Assembly: GCA_031961395.1 (NCBI GenBank)
Contig: JAVRLO010000002.1
Location: 1 to 42,709, forward strand
DNA: 42,709 nucleotides
DNA from: Thermoplasmatales archaeon I-plasma
GTDB taxonomy: Archaea; Thermoplasmatota; Thermoplasmata; Thermoplasmatales; GCA-001856825
Direction: 5' to 3'
Shown piece after piece: positions 1-8,880 of this stretch. Made by a program: the position numbers and the translations under genes. The notes beneath the pieces are model-generated. The model had not been told where the DNA came from, did not search any database, and worked only from the letters and a program-made list of their open reading frames with translations. The number at the start of each line of letters is the position of its first letter. The first letter of the stretch is position 1.

Positions 1-1030
1 AAAGCATTAATATTACGATCTATAGTCAATCCACAATGATTACGGTGATATATCCTGTTTTAAAGCTTAAGGTTATAATTTATACTTTATAGTCTGAAAC
101 ACATCTTTTATGATTGTTCAAATATGCCAATTTTAACAAGTTCTGCATTTCTCCACTTTGATTTATAAAATCCGCGATAAGATATAATCATTACAGTGTG
201 CTTGTTTCTCTATATACCCTGAATATCCAAGCCTTCAATAACTTTAGTACCATTACGTCTGACCGTAGCAATTAATTCTATGTGATTGAAATCTGTTTTT
301 ACATCCGTGATTATTCGATGCTCACTCTACATCTTTACGAGCTCTTTTTCCTGTTGTAAGACCCTTTTTCTATTCTAGATAAACTCCCGCTTTCCATCTT
401 GAGAATATTTTCTACTCTTCTATATTAATTGGAAGGTTTTTACCCGTGGTCAATTTTACAGGGCGATAAAATGTTTTACTCCCAGAAAAATATCAACTGC
501 CTGGATTCCTTTAAGAAGTCCATTATCACGTTCATGTTGAATATGGGATTAATAGAGATTCATGCTCCCTTTTTACAATTACCCGTTTTATATTTTCTAA
601 GATTCAGCTACTATCCATGAATATGATCCAATCAGGGTCCATTGGGATAATGATTTTATTTCATTTATCTTGCTATATGATGGCAATATGAAATAATGAT
701 TGCTTTTTTTAAAATGAATTTAGGGCGTGATTTATTCTTCTTGAATACTCATATAAACCCTGGTAGAATATATCTGGCGTTTGCTGAATACTCTGCAAAC
801 TAGCCTCATATAGCCATAGATGTTTATTCTTTAATTTTGTTAGAATATCAATCATATCAAAAGTCGTCAACCCTTTATTTTCTTTTTGTCTTATGCAAAA
901 TAATTATTCGAAACTTCAAGGAGATGTTTGTAAACAAACTTGAAAGACCGTGGGTGCTTTTTCAAAATAACACATTGCTATTCAGTTGATTCAAACTTAC
1001 CTTGAGATCTTAATCATGAATTGCACAACA
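1..1030 (-). pseudogene. tnpB: Decayed IS200/IS605-family tnpB (OrfB, IS1341-type) relic; its 3' end runs off the left window edge
   Basis: Minus-strand translation gives TnpB-like fragments in different frames, interrupted by stops. LTKLKNKHLWLYEASLQSIQQ (~730-830) resembles the N-terminal region. VIEGLDIQGI (fragment 210-326) resembles the RuvC-II IVxEDLxxKGM block. HCGLTIDRNINA (3-38) resembles the C-terminal CxxCG...DRDxNAA block. No ORF longer than 63 aa is left. The 5' boundary is approximate. Confidence 0.6.
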
Positions 1031-1111
1031 CCGCTTTTTATAATAAGTTTTAGCACTTCATTCACGTCACAGGATCCATGACTTTCGCGCTCAAACCTTT
1101 TGTAATTAGAG

Positions 1112-1744
1112 TTAAAATGGAATATGAACAAATAAAAAGAAGTAAATTAGGAGAATTATCGCAATCCCTGTTACAACCCCCCAGTTTCTTTTGCTCCACG
1201 CAAAAACTTTGCTACCATCAAGAGGTGGAATTGGCAAAAGATTGAAAAAGGCTAGCCATATGTTAATGTAAATCAAGAAGTATAATGCAGTATGTATCAA
1301 TAAAGAAAATCTGAGTATTAGAATAAATGGCAGCAGAATTATCCCTATTATTATGTTGGTAGCAGGACCAGCTAAGGCTATCTTGCCCTCCCTTATGGGA
1401 TTCCTGTAACTTGCAAAGTATACTGCACCAGGAAGAGCAAACAGGAATCCTAAAAATCCCGTTACTAACGTTAATAAAACTCCAAGTGGCCACATTCTGA
1501 ACTCAGACCAAGCTCCCATCCTTATTGCAGTAAATTTATGACTCATTTCATGCATAAAAAAAGCAGTTAGTACCATTAAAAATGCTATTATTACTTTATC
1601 AGCTAGATTTATGGAGGGCGGAAAACCATACCTTTCAATGACTAAAAACAAGGAAAAGGATAGCACAATAACGGATATCAGAATATCTTCAATCTCCTTT
1701 TTGGAGAAAAAATGTCTTTTGTATTTAACGGTATACGTAACCAT
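1112..1744 (-). CDS. Site-2 protease family (peptidase M50) membrane zinc metalloprotease
   Basis: HEMSH (HExxH) lies in a TM segment, and the second S2P motif NLLPIPPLDG is present. Polytopic hydrophobic profile. ATG start at 1744. Confidence 0.75.
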   Translation of the reverse strand: MVTYTVKYKRHFFSKKEIEDILISVIVLSFSLFLVIERYGFPPSINLADKVIIAFLMVLTAFFMHEMSHKFTAIRMGAWSEFRMWPLGVLLTLVTGFLGFLFALPGAVYFASYRNPIREGKIALAGPATNIIIGIILLPFILILRFSLLIHTALYFLIYINIWLAFFNLLPIPPLDGSKVFAWSKRNWGVVTGIAIILLIYFFLFVHIPF

Positions 1745-2246
1745 TCTTTTCGTTACGAAAGTATTTATGAATATTTAAATATAGGTTAGAATTTTAATAT
1801 TTAATTATAAGAAGGAAATCATAAAAATCAATTCCTATAGCAAATAGGGAATCTTTTTTTATCTTCAAAAAAAAGCTTTTTCATCCGAAATTAAAGGATA
1901 TAAAAATCAATGAGTGAACGATCATTAAATTCTAATCTCTTAGAAAATATCCTAATATGAATAATATAACCAGAAATGAAATTCTAAAGAAAACAATAGA
2001 TTCCACTAAATAAAAGAATACTTGAAAATATTAAAGACGGATTACAGGTGGTACTTGGGGGAACCATAGAAAGATGGAAAATAAAAATTAAAAAGCTACC
2101 AAGAATAATTCTTTGCTTTAATTAAGTAGATCATCTTAATACTTAGAGCCAAGGAATATAAATAAAAATTGTATAAAAACCAAAAGTTCAAAGATTTAAA
2201 GGAATATAGGTTTAGTCACTTTGAGATTTATATAAATAATTTTATC

Positions 2247-3080
2247 TTAAATTCTATTAGTTATAAATAAATCTCCATCTTTGTACTGGGCATTTCCATA
2301 TGAAAATACAATGGATTTTATTGTAGTTGTATCGAGGAAATAATTAAGTGTTTTCCTCTCTGATTCATAATGATTTAATATTTTTACTATCAGGTCTTTT
2401 AAGAAAATTCCTTCTTTTGAAAAGTCCCTGAAGATTTCTATCATTTCATTAACTCTTTCTTTGTTAAAAGATATGGTCTTTCTCGGATCGTCCACAATCC
2501 CCCCATGACTTATAACAATCTTCCCGTTAAGCTCGTAAAGTCTATCTAGAGTTTTCAGAAAATCCGGTACATTTATAATATAGGGAATGGGATGTTTCTC
2601 AAGTATTTCAATAGAAAAAAAGGAATCTCCTGCAAACATTAAATCTTTAATCCTGAAGCCTACCTGCCCCATAGAATGGCCTTTTAAATCTACTACATCA
2701 ATCTCTTCTTCTCCAACAATGAACTTTTCACCAAGGTAATTTATCTTTGCATATTTTGGTGTGACGAACTTTGACCCAGAAATTTGATTATTGTAGAATC
2801 CTGAAATTATTATATTCAGCAATGATGGATTCATAATAAGGTCTGCTTCTATCTTAGAAGAGTATATACTGATACCTCTCTTATCTGCAAAAAATGCTCC
2901 ACCAGAATGATCGGAGTGTGAATGAGTTAAAAGTAGAGCGAAAATTTCTCTTTTATTTGTTATTATATTATTAATTACCTTTCGGATTTCATTTTCGTCT
3001 ATTCCAGAATCAATAATAACTGAATATTTTTCAAAATTTATCGTACCAATTGCAACTTTCCCAAAAACCTCAAAATCCAT
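2247..3080 (-). CDS. MBL-fold metallo-hydrolase
   Basis: THSHSDHSGG matches the HxHxDH metallo-beta-lactamase motif. 277 aa, ATG start. Confidence 0.75.
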   Translation of the reverse strand: MDFEVFGKVAIGTINFEKYSVIIDSGIDENEIRKVINNIITNKREIFALLLTHSHSDHSGGAFFADKRGISIYSSKIEADLIMNPSLLNIIISGFYNNQISGSKFVTPKYAKINYLGEKFIVGEEEIDVVDLKGHSMGQVGFRIKDLMFAGDSFFSIEILEKHPIPYIINVPDFLKTLDRLYELNGKIVISHGGIVDDPRKTISFNKERVNEMIEIFRDFSKEGIFLKDLIVKILNHYESERKTLNYFLDTTTIKSIVFSYGNAQYKDGDLFITNRI

Positions 3081-3125
3081 AAATTAAGAAAAAAATAATA
3101 GTATAAAAATTGTAGTCTTTTTAAA

Positions 3126-5024
3126 TTAAACTTGTTCCGGGGCTTCCGATGGGGGAGATACCTGTTCATCAATTATTGCCTGTAGATCCTCAGTTTTATA
3201 TCCAGCTCTAAGCCCGAATATGTATATAATTGCGTATATTACTATCATTACTATTGTGTCTTCTGGGAATGGTATAATGGGTTTAGGTCCTCCAAGAGCA
3301 GGTATAGTTGTGTATCCAAATGAACCTATATACGAGAATAAGTATGTTATGAATATCAGCGCTAGGAGCCAGTAGGATGATTTAAAGAGGACTTTATGCT
3401 CTTGCTTAGTTATCGAATGGGTTATTAACGTTGTAACAACTATTGCTATAAAGTCAAGTACGTAAGCAATAGCAAAATTTCTTGCATTTACAGCAAGAGT
3501 CTGGGTACCTGATGGGTATAATACGTAATAGTATGCAAAAAACAATGCGAATACAGAAACTATGAGTATGAATATTCCTAGTGCGTATGAAATACCCTTA
3601 GAAAGGCCAATCTTTGTGGGTGCATAGGAGAAGTAGAATAATGAAACCCCAATGAACACTGTTCCAAAGATAATTGTTAAAGTTGATAATCCAGTCCAGT
3701 AAACGATCAGTGCAGCCCCAACGAATCCGATAGGAGCGACAACAGAAGCAGCAGGTAACCTAAATGGTCTTTTGATCTCAGGTGCGTGCTTCCTGAATGT
3801 ATGGAGAGCTATTGGGCCTATAACGTATGTTAGTACGGTTGCAGAGGAAATAAATCCCACAAACAAGTACCAGGATGGGAATGGCAAGAAGAATATAATA
3901 CCGACAACTAGTGAAGCTATAAGTGCAACTATTGGTACCTTTGTTTTTTCAGAAATTCTTAAAAATGCTTTGGGGAAATATCCGTCAGCACCTATACCGT
4001 ACATAACTCTTGTGCCATTACCGAGATATATCCAGCCGGTACCAGCCGGGGATATCCAGGCATCAATTAGAAGAAGATACGCAAATGCAACTAACGCTGC
4101 AAACGGGGCATTATGAAGTTCCATGTAGAATGGAGCACTGCCCAGTGCTGATGTGGATATAGAAGTCCACGCGCCGGGTGCAACACCACTAGCTCCTCCC
4201 CATCTTATTGCACCTATAAATGCAACTTGCAGCATTGTGTATAGAACCATCGCTGCAATTACAGAATATACAGTTGCCCTAGGAATATCCCTCTGAGGAT
4301 TTTTTGCTTCTCCCCCAAATTCTAGTGCCTGTCTGAATCCTAAATATGAGAAGACTATACCTCCTGCAGGAATGGCATAGAAGACGGCATCCAGGCCTTC
4401 AGGGAAGAATCCCCCATAACCAGTGAAATTGTTTCCTCTCCAAAGGAATAATAGCAATATGAACGTAGTTGTTGGGATGACAAATTTCCACCACGTAGCT
4501 CCTGAATTGAATTTGCCCAAGAATCTTATGCCTGCATAGTTAAGGAAAAAGAAAAGTACCATCAGTACAATTCCAAGTCCTATACCTTCTGCGCTCAGTA
4601 CAGCTGCAGGGGTGAATAGACCTGGAATGTATGTTGAAGCATATTGCAATACTGCTTCAGCCTCTATCGTTGGGACTGTGACAGCGCTCAAAAGATATGC
4701 CCAGCCTAGTATATATCCTGCATAACCGCCATTAGCAAGATGCGAATATCTGACAATTGACCCACTTTTTGGTATTGCTCCGGCTATCTCAGCGAAGACG
4801 AGAGCTATGAAAAGTACTATAATTCCTCCAACAACCCAAGACAGAATAGCCCCTGGACCTGCGAGGGAAGCTCCAGCTGCCACTCCCAGCAACCATCCTG
4901 AACCTATTATGCCTCCCATAGACAAGAAGAATAAGTCTTGAAAACTTAGTGCTTTTCGAAGTTTTTTGTCAGATTTGACCGCAACCTTTTCTGCCACTTC
5001 TTCTATTGGTTTTTCGTTCGACAA
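3126..5024 (-). CDS. APC-superfamily amino acid permease
   Basis: 632 aa with 12 or more TM segments. The N-terminal LSFQDLFFLSMGGIIGSGW is typical of APC permeases. The start is TTG (complement of 5022-5024), preceded by the Shine-Dalgarno-like GAGGTG. Confidence 0.8.
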   Translation of the reverse strand: MSNEKPIEEVAEKVAVKSDKKLRKALSFQDLFFLSMGGIIGSGWLLGVAAGASLAGPGAILSWVVGGIIVLFIALVFAEIAGAIPKSGSIVRYSHLANGGYAGYILGWAYLLSAVTVPTIEAEAVLQYASTYIPGLFTPAAVLSAEGIGLGIVLMVLFFFLNYAGIRFLGKFNSGATWWKFVIPTTTFILLLFLWRGNNFTGYGGFFPEGLDAVFYAIPAGGIVFSYLGFRQALEFGGEAKNPQRDIPRATVYSVIAAMVLYTMLQVAFIGAIRWGGASGVAPGAWTSISTSALGSAPFYMELHNAPFAALVAFAYLLLIDAWISPAGTGWIYLGNGTRVMYGIGADGYFPKAFLRISEKTKVPIVALIASLVVGIIFFLPFPSWYLFVGFISSATVLTYVIGPIALHTFRKHAPEIKRPFRLPAASVVAPIGFVGAALIVYWTGLSTLTIIFGTVFIGVSLFYFSYAPTKIGLSKGISYALGIFILIVSVFALFFAYYYVLYPSGTQTLAVNARNFAIAYVLDFIAIVVTTLITHSITKQEHKVLFKSSYWLLALIFITYLFSYIGSFGYTTIPALGGPKPIIPFPEDTIVMIVIYAIIYIFGLRAGYKTEDLQAIIDEQVSPPSEAPEQV

Positions 5025-5336
5025 GGGAACACCTCAAAAATGAATATGGTCATCATATTATATAATCTTTTCTTGATAATGGCTTTTTTATGGAAATTTT
5101 ACCATCATCAGATGCTAATAGTATAAAGATTTTAATCCTTTTTTAAACTGATTGAAAATAGTGTACTAACATATTGCTATGTAAACGTATCATGTTAAAA
5201 AATCAAAAAAGAGCATTCTTATGCCGAATTAATGAAATTGTATATTGAATGCAAAGCGCAATACTAAATTCATATAATTATCAGGTCTCATAACAGCATA
5301 TATCTGAATATTTATGTATGTTCAGAATAAGGGGTT

Positions 5337-6836
5337 ATGATATTAGTTACTGGGAATGATCTCACCGTAAATCAGGTAATTAATGTAGCAAGAAACAGGG
5401 TAAAAGTTAAGCTTTCTGAAGGTGCTATTAGAAAGATTAGAGGATCAAGGGAGCAAGTAGAAAGAAAAATCTCTGACGGTAAAACTATTTATGGTGTCAA
5501 TACTGGATTTGGTGATCTCGTGAATATTAAAATATCCAAGAATGACGCAAAGAATCTCCAGCTTAACCTAATCAGGTCTCATGCCTCAGGATATGGTGAT
5601 TATCTGGATGAAGAGACTGTTAGAGCAATGATTCTTGTTAGGGCTAACGCCCTCAGCAAAGGTTATTCAGGAGTGAGAGTAGAAGTAATTCAGGCGCTCT
5701 TGGATTTACTTAATAAAGATATATATCCATATATCCCGGAGAAGGGGAGCGTAGGATCATCTGGAGATCTGTCTCCACTTGCGCACCTTGCCCTAGTACT
5801 TGTAGGTGAGGGTCACGTTTTGGTTGATGGGAAAATAGTTCCATCAAAAAAAGTTCTAGATGAAAATAAGTTCAATATTATTTCCTTAGAGGAAAAGGAG
5901 GGAATTTCACTTATAAATGGCACTTCATTTATGCTTGCAAATCTTATCCTAGCACTTAACGAAGCAAAAGTAGCTATAAAGCATGCGATCATATCTTCAG
6001 CTCTCTCGATGCATTCCCTTCTCTCTACAGATAAATCGCTTTGTCAAGAATTGTTCATTGCAAGACCTTATAATGAACAGAAGCAGGTAGCATCTTATAT
6101 ATCAAATATACTAGAAGGTAGTGATAGAATAGAAATAGGAAGGAAAGAAAAAGTTCAGGATGCTTATTCGCTGAGATGCATACCAACGGTTACTGGATCA
6201 GTTATTCAGGTTTACAACTATGTAAAAAACATAATTACATCCGAAATAAATTCCGCAACAGATAACCCTCTTGTATTTGATGATATCATATCAGGTTGCA
6301 ATTTCCATGGGGAACCATTGGCACTGGCAGCAGACTTTTTATCAATAGCAATGACAGAGCTTGGCAATATTGCGGAAAGGAGAATTTTCAGAATTCTTGA
6401 CAAAAATCTGTCTAATCTTAAAGCATTTCTTGCGGATAATCCAGGATTAGAGTCAGGAATGATGATTCCGCAATATGTGGCTGCTTCGCTCTGTAATGAA
6501 AACAAAGTTCTATCATATCCTTCGTCCGCGGATACAATTCCTACCTCAGCCAATCAGGAAGATCATGTTTCAATGGGAGCAACTTCTGTCAGAAAGCTCA
6601 GAGAGATTATAAAAAATTTGGACGCAATAATAGCAATAGAACTTATGGTAAATTATAAAGCAATGACAATGTATGGACATTCAGGAGTCTACATCTCCAA
6701 AATCTATGACAGAATTAGAGCAAATGTCCCGGAAATAAAAGGTGATATTGAAACAACCTTTGTAATCGAAGAATTTCTGAAAATGATAAAAAATGAGACT
6801 TTACTGGATGAAATACCGAAATTTGATTTCCTATAG
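5337..6836 (+). CDS. hutH: Histidine ammonia-lyase (aromatic amino acid lyase/MIO family)
   Basis: Full-length 499-aa similarity to HAL. YGVNTGFG is present, and the MIO region reads GSVGSSGDLSPLAHL. The canonical triad Ala-Ser-Gly is Ser-Ser-Gly here. Confidence 0.85.
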   Translation: MILVTGNDLTVNQVINVARNRVKVKLSEGAIRKIRGSREQVERKISDGKTIYGVNTGFGDLVNIKISKNDAKNLQLNLIRSHASGYGDYLDEETVRAMILVRANALSKGYSGVRVEVIQALLDLLNKDIYPYIPEKGSVGSSGDLSPLAHLALVLVGEGHVLVDGKIVPSKKVLDENKFNIISLEEKEGISLINGTSFMLANLILALNEAKVAIKHAIISSALSMHSLLSTDKSLCQELFIARPYNEQKQVASYISNILEGSDRIEIGRKEKVQDAYSLRCIPTVTGSVIQVYNYVKNIITSEINSATDNPLVFDDIISGCNFHGEPLALAADFLSIAMTELGNIAERRIFRILDKNLSNLKAFLADNPGLESGMMIPQYVAASLCNENKVLSYPSSADTIPTSANQEDHVSMGATSVRKLREIIKNLDAIIAIELMVNYKAMTMYGHSGVYISKIYDRIRANVPEIKGDIETTFVIEEFLKMIKNETLLDEIPKFDFL

Positions 6837-6843
6837 GTAAAAA

Positions 6844-7011
6844 TTATTTTTTCTTTCTGGAGCAAATAGCAAATTCATCGCCATCAAAGAATACCTCTCT
6901 ATCAGGGAAATCCCTCTTAACCTCATCCACCATATCCATAATTTCCTTTACTGTGAGATTAGTATTTCTCCCTATTTTCCTATGAACTATTTTGTCTCCC
7001 AGGGAGTCCAT
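6844..7011 (-). CDS. Small hypothetical protein, 55 aa (below the ORF-track cutoff)
   Basis: My own translation is MDSLGDKIVHRKIGRNTNLTVKEIMDMVDEVKRDFPDREVFFDGDEFAICSRKKK. ATG start at 7011, TAA stop. TTTTTATAA lies at -33..-25 from the ATG, the spacing expected for a leaderless archaeal mRNA. The ORF fills an otherwise empty 225-nt gap. Confidence 0.5.
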   Translation of the reverse strand: MDSLGDKIVHRKIGRNTNLTVKEIMDMVDEVKRDFPDREVFFDGDEFAICSRKKK

Positions 7012-7061
7012 ATACAAAAAGCTTATTATGCATCCTTATAAAAATTTTTTTACCTTATTAT

Positions 7062-8303
7062 TCATCTCCAAATATTTTCAATGTCTTTAACGTGCATCTC
7101 ATTCTGTTCTCCCGTAAGCATATTTTTTACAGTGATACTACCATTTTTAACTTCCCTCTCGCCAACTATTATTGAAAATTCATATCCCATCTTTGATGCA
7201 TAGTCAAGTTGTTTGCTAATTCCTCTATCCATGACATTATTGTCTACTCTTATGCCCTTGCTCCTCAGTTCTCTTGCAACATTCATTGAATATTCCCTCC
7301 CCATTTTATCAGCATGAGCAATAAAGATAGCCTTTTCTTTTGGAAGCTTCCATAGACCTTCTCTTTTTAGTAGATTTTCAATAACTGCATCTCCAAATCC
7401 AAAACCAACCGCTGGGGTATGCTCCCCTCCTAGTTGCTCAATAATGTTATCATATCTCCCTCCTCCAAAAATTGCCCTGTATTTTTCATCTATATCTGAT
7501 CCTTCGAAAACGAATCCTGTGTAATAATCCAGACCCCTGACAACCTTCAGATCAATTTCAACTGAAATATTACAATAAGATTTTACGTTATCAGAAATCA
7601 ATTGTAATCTTTCAAGTTCATCATTTTCAAAATCTTTCAGAACAGCACCTGTGGCTATTGCCTCTATACTTTCTTCATTTAAATTCAGTTCTTTAATTAG
7701 ACGTGATCTATTTTCAGATGAAGTCTTGTTCCATCTATCAAGGAGAAAATATGCATCATTTTTTCTTCCTGGAATCATTTTATTTATGATTATATCTAAA
7801 AGTTTTCTTGAATTAATCTTAATTTTAGTTTTACTCTGGATACCCAATTTCCTTAAAATTTCACCTGCAAGAGTTAGTACCTCTATGTCAGATAGTAGGC
7901 TATCACTTCCTATAATATCAGCATTGAGCTGATAAAACTCCCGGAATCTACCCGACTGTGGTTCTTCGTATCTCCAATATTTTGAAATTGAATACCATTT
8001 CATAGGTTTGAGTAGATCTTTCCTAGACGAAACCATTCTTGATAGGGTTGGGGTAAACTCTGGTACTAAGGTAACATCCCTTCCTCCTCTGTCTTTAAAT
8101 GAGAACATCTGATTCATTATTTCTTCTCCTGACTTGTGTGCATAAAGATCTATGCTCTCTAAAGAAGGGCCATCAACTTCCTTAAATCCAAATTCTCTGC
8201 ACGTTTCATCCATAATGTTAAAAAAATTTCTCCTAATCTCCTGATCTTCTGGATAAAAATCCCTAAACCCTCTCAGTCTCTCTATCATATACTCTTTCAC
8301 CAT
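7062..8303 (-). CDS. hisS: Histidine--tRNA ligase
   Basis: 413 aa. The N-terminus contains LRGFRDFYPED. Class II motifs are present, including the YRYEEPQSGRFREFYQ region and GGGRYD. An alternative ATG at 8288 is possible. Confidence 0.9.
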   Translation of the reverse strand: MVKEYMIERLRGFRDFYPEDQEIRRNFFNIMDETCREFGFKEVDGPSLESIDLYAHKSGEEIMNQMFSFKDRGGRDVTLVPEFTPTLSRMVSSRKDLLKPMKWYSISKYWRYEEPQSGRFREFYQLNADIIGSDSLLSDIEVLTLAGEILRKLGIQSKTKIKINSRKLLDIIINKMIPGRKNDAYFLLDRWNKTSSENRSRLIKELNLNEESIEAIATGAVLKDFENDELERLQLISDNVKSYCNISVEIDLKVVRGLDYYTGFVFEGSDIDEKYRAIFGGGRYDNIIEQLGGEHTPAVGFGFGDAVIENLLKREGLWKLPKEKAIFIAHADKMGREYSMNVARELRSKGIRVDNNVMDRGISKQLDYASKMGYEFSIIVGEREVKNGSITVKNMLTGEQNEMHVKDIENIWR

Positions 8304-8787
8304 TTTTGTTCTTTAACTGATAAATAAGACCTAGTATTAATAATATCAATGAAATCATTGAAGAAATTATCAATCCTGCTTTAAGAGAGAGGAGCGATAT
8401 AAAAATAATCGCTGATCCTGCAAATGCGCTAATTAAAATTATAATTTTCTTGTAAAATATATAGAAAATTATGAATGCAATTAGGAAAATCAGTATTCCA
8501 AATATCAAAGAAAGAAATACTGCAATAACGGATAGAGCTGCCAGGGAAAGCAAGAAAGATAAAGCAATTCTTGCAATGACTCCCGCAATTAAGGCAAAGA
8601 TAATTATTGACAAGATTAGTCCGATCAAACGATAATCGGACGGAACATATCTAAACAGAAAGTCCACATAAATAAAATATCCGAAAGCAGCTCCTATTAT
8701 AACTGTGAAAAATTTCCATAGCTTAGTACCAAAAAATACTGCAATAATACCAATTATCAATAGAATTAAGCTATCGATCAGACTCAT
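8263..8787 (-). CDS. Polytopic membrane protein, unknown function
   Basis: Almost entirely hydrophobic, with about 5-6 TM segments. The ORF track starts at a GTG (8838); I prefer the ATG at 8787 (MSLIDS...). The 3' end overlaps the hisS start by 41 nt on the same strand. Confidence 0.6.
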   Translation of the reverse strand: MSLIDSLILLIIGIIAVFFGTKLWKFFTVIIGAAFGYFIYVDFLFRYVPSDYRLIGLILSIIIFALIAGVIARIALSFLLSLAALSVIAVFLSLIFGILIFLIAFIIFYIFYKKIIILISAFAGSAIIFISLLSLKAGLIISSMISLILLILGLIYQLKNKNGERVYDRETERV

Positions 8788-8880
8788 TTCACCGCTTATA
8801 TAGTTGTATGTGTGTATGGGGAAAAAAGTAAATTGCACAAAAAGATAATAATGAATAATTATTTAAATAATATTAAAAAA

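Noticed and set aside
429-620. 63-aa plus-strand ORF near the window start
   Set aside because: It is antisense to the decayed tnpB relic. It has no promoter-like spacing, and its composition is hydrophobic and low in information.
3772-4116. Antisense or shadow ORFs of 60-130 aa inside long genes. Examples are 3772-4116, 6218-6553, 7651-7932, 20294-20635, 23226-23615, 39774-40172 and 40433-40867.
   Set aside because: Each is fully embedded opposite a gene with strong family motifs. The translations are low-complexity (Ser/Leu/Ile-rich). This is typical of open antisense frames in AT-rich genomes.
5037-5120. 27-aa hydrophobic mini-ORF (MNMVIILYNLFLIMAFLWKFYHHQMLIV) upstream of the permease
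   Set aside because: It is too short and compositionally trivial to support without conservation data. It lies in the permease promoter region.
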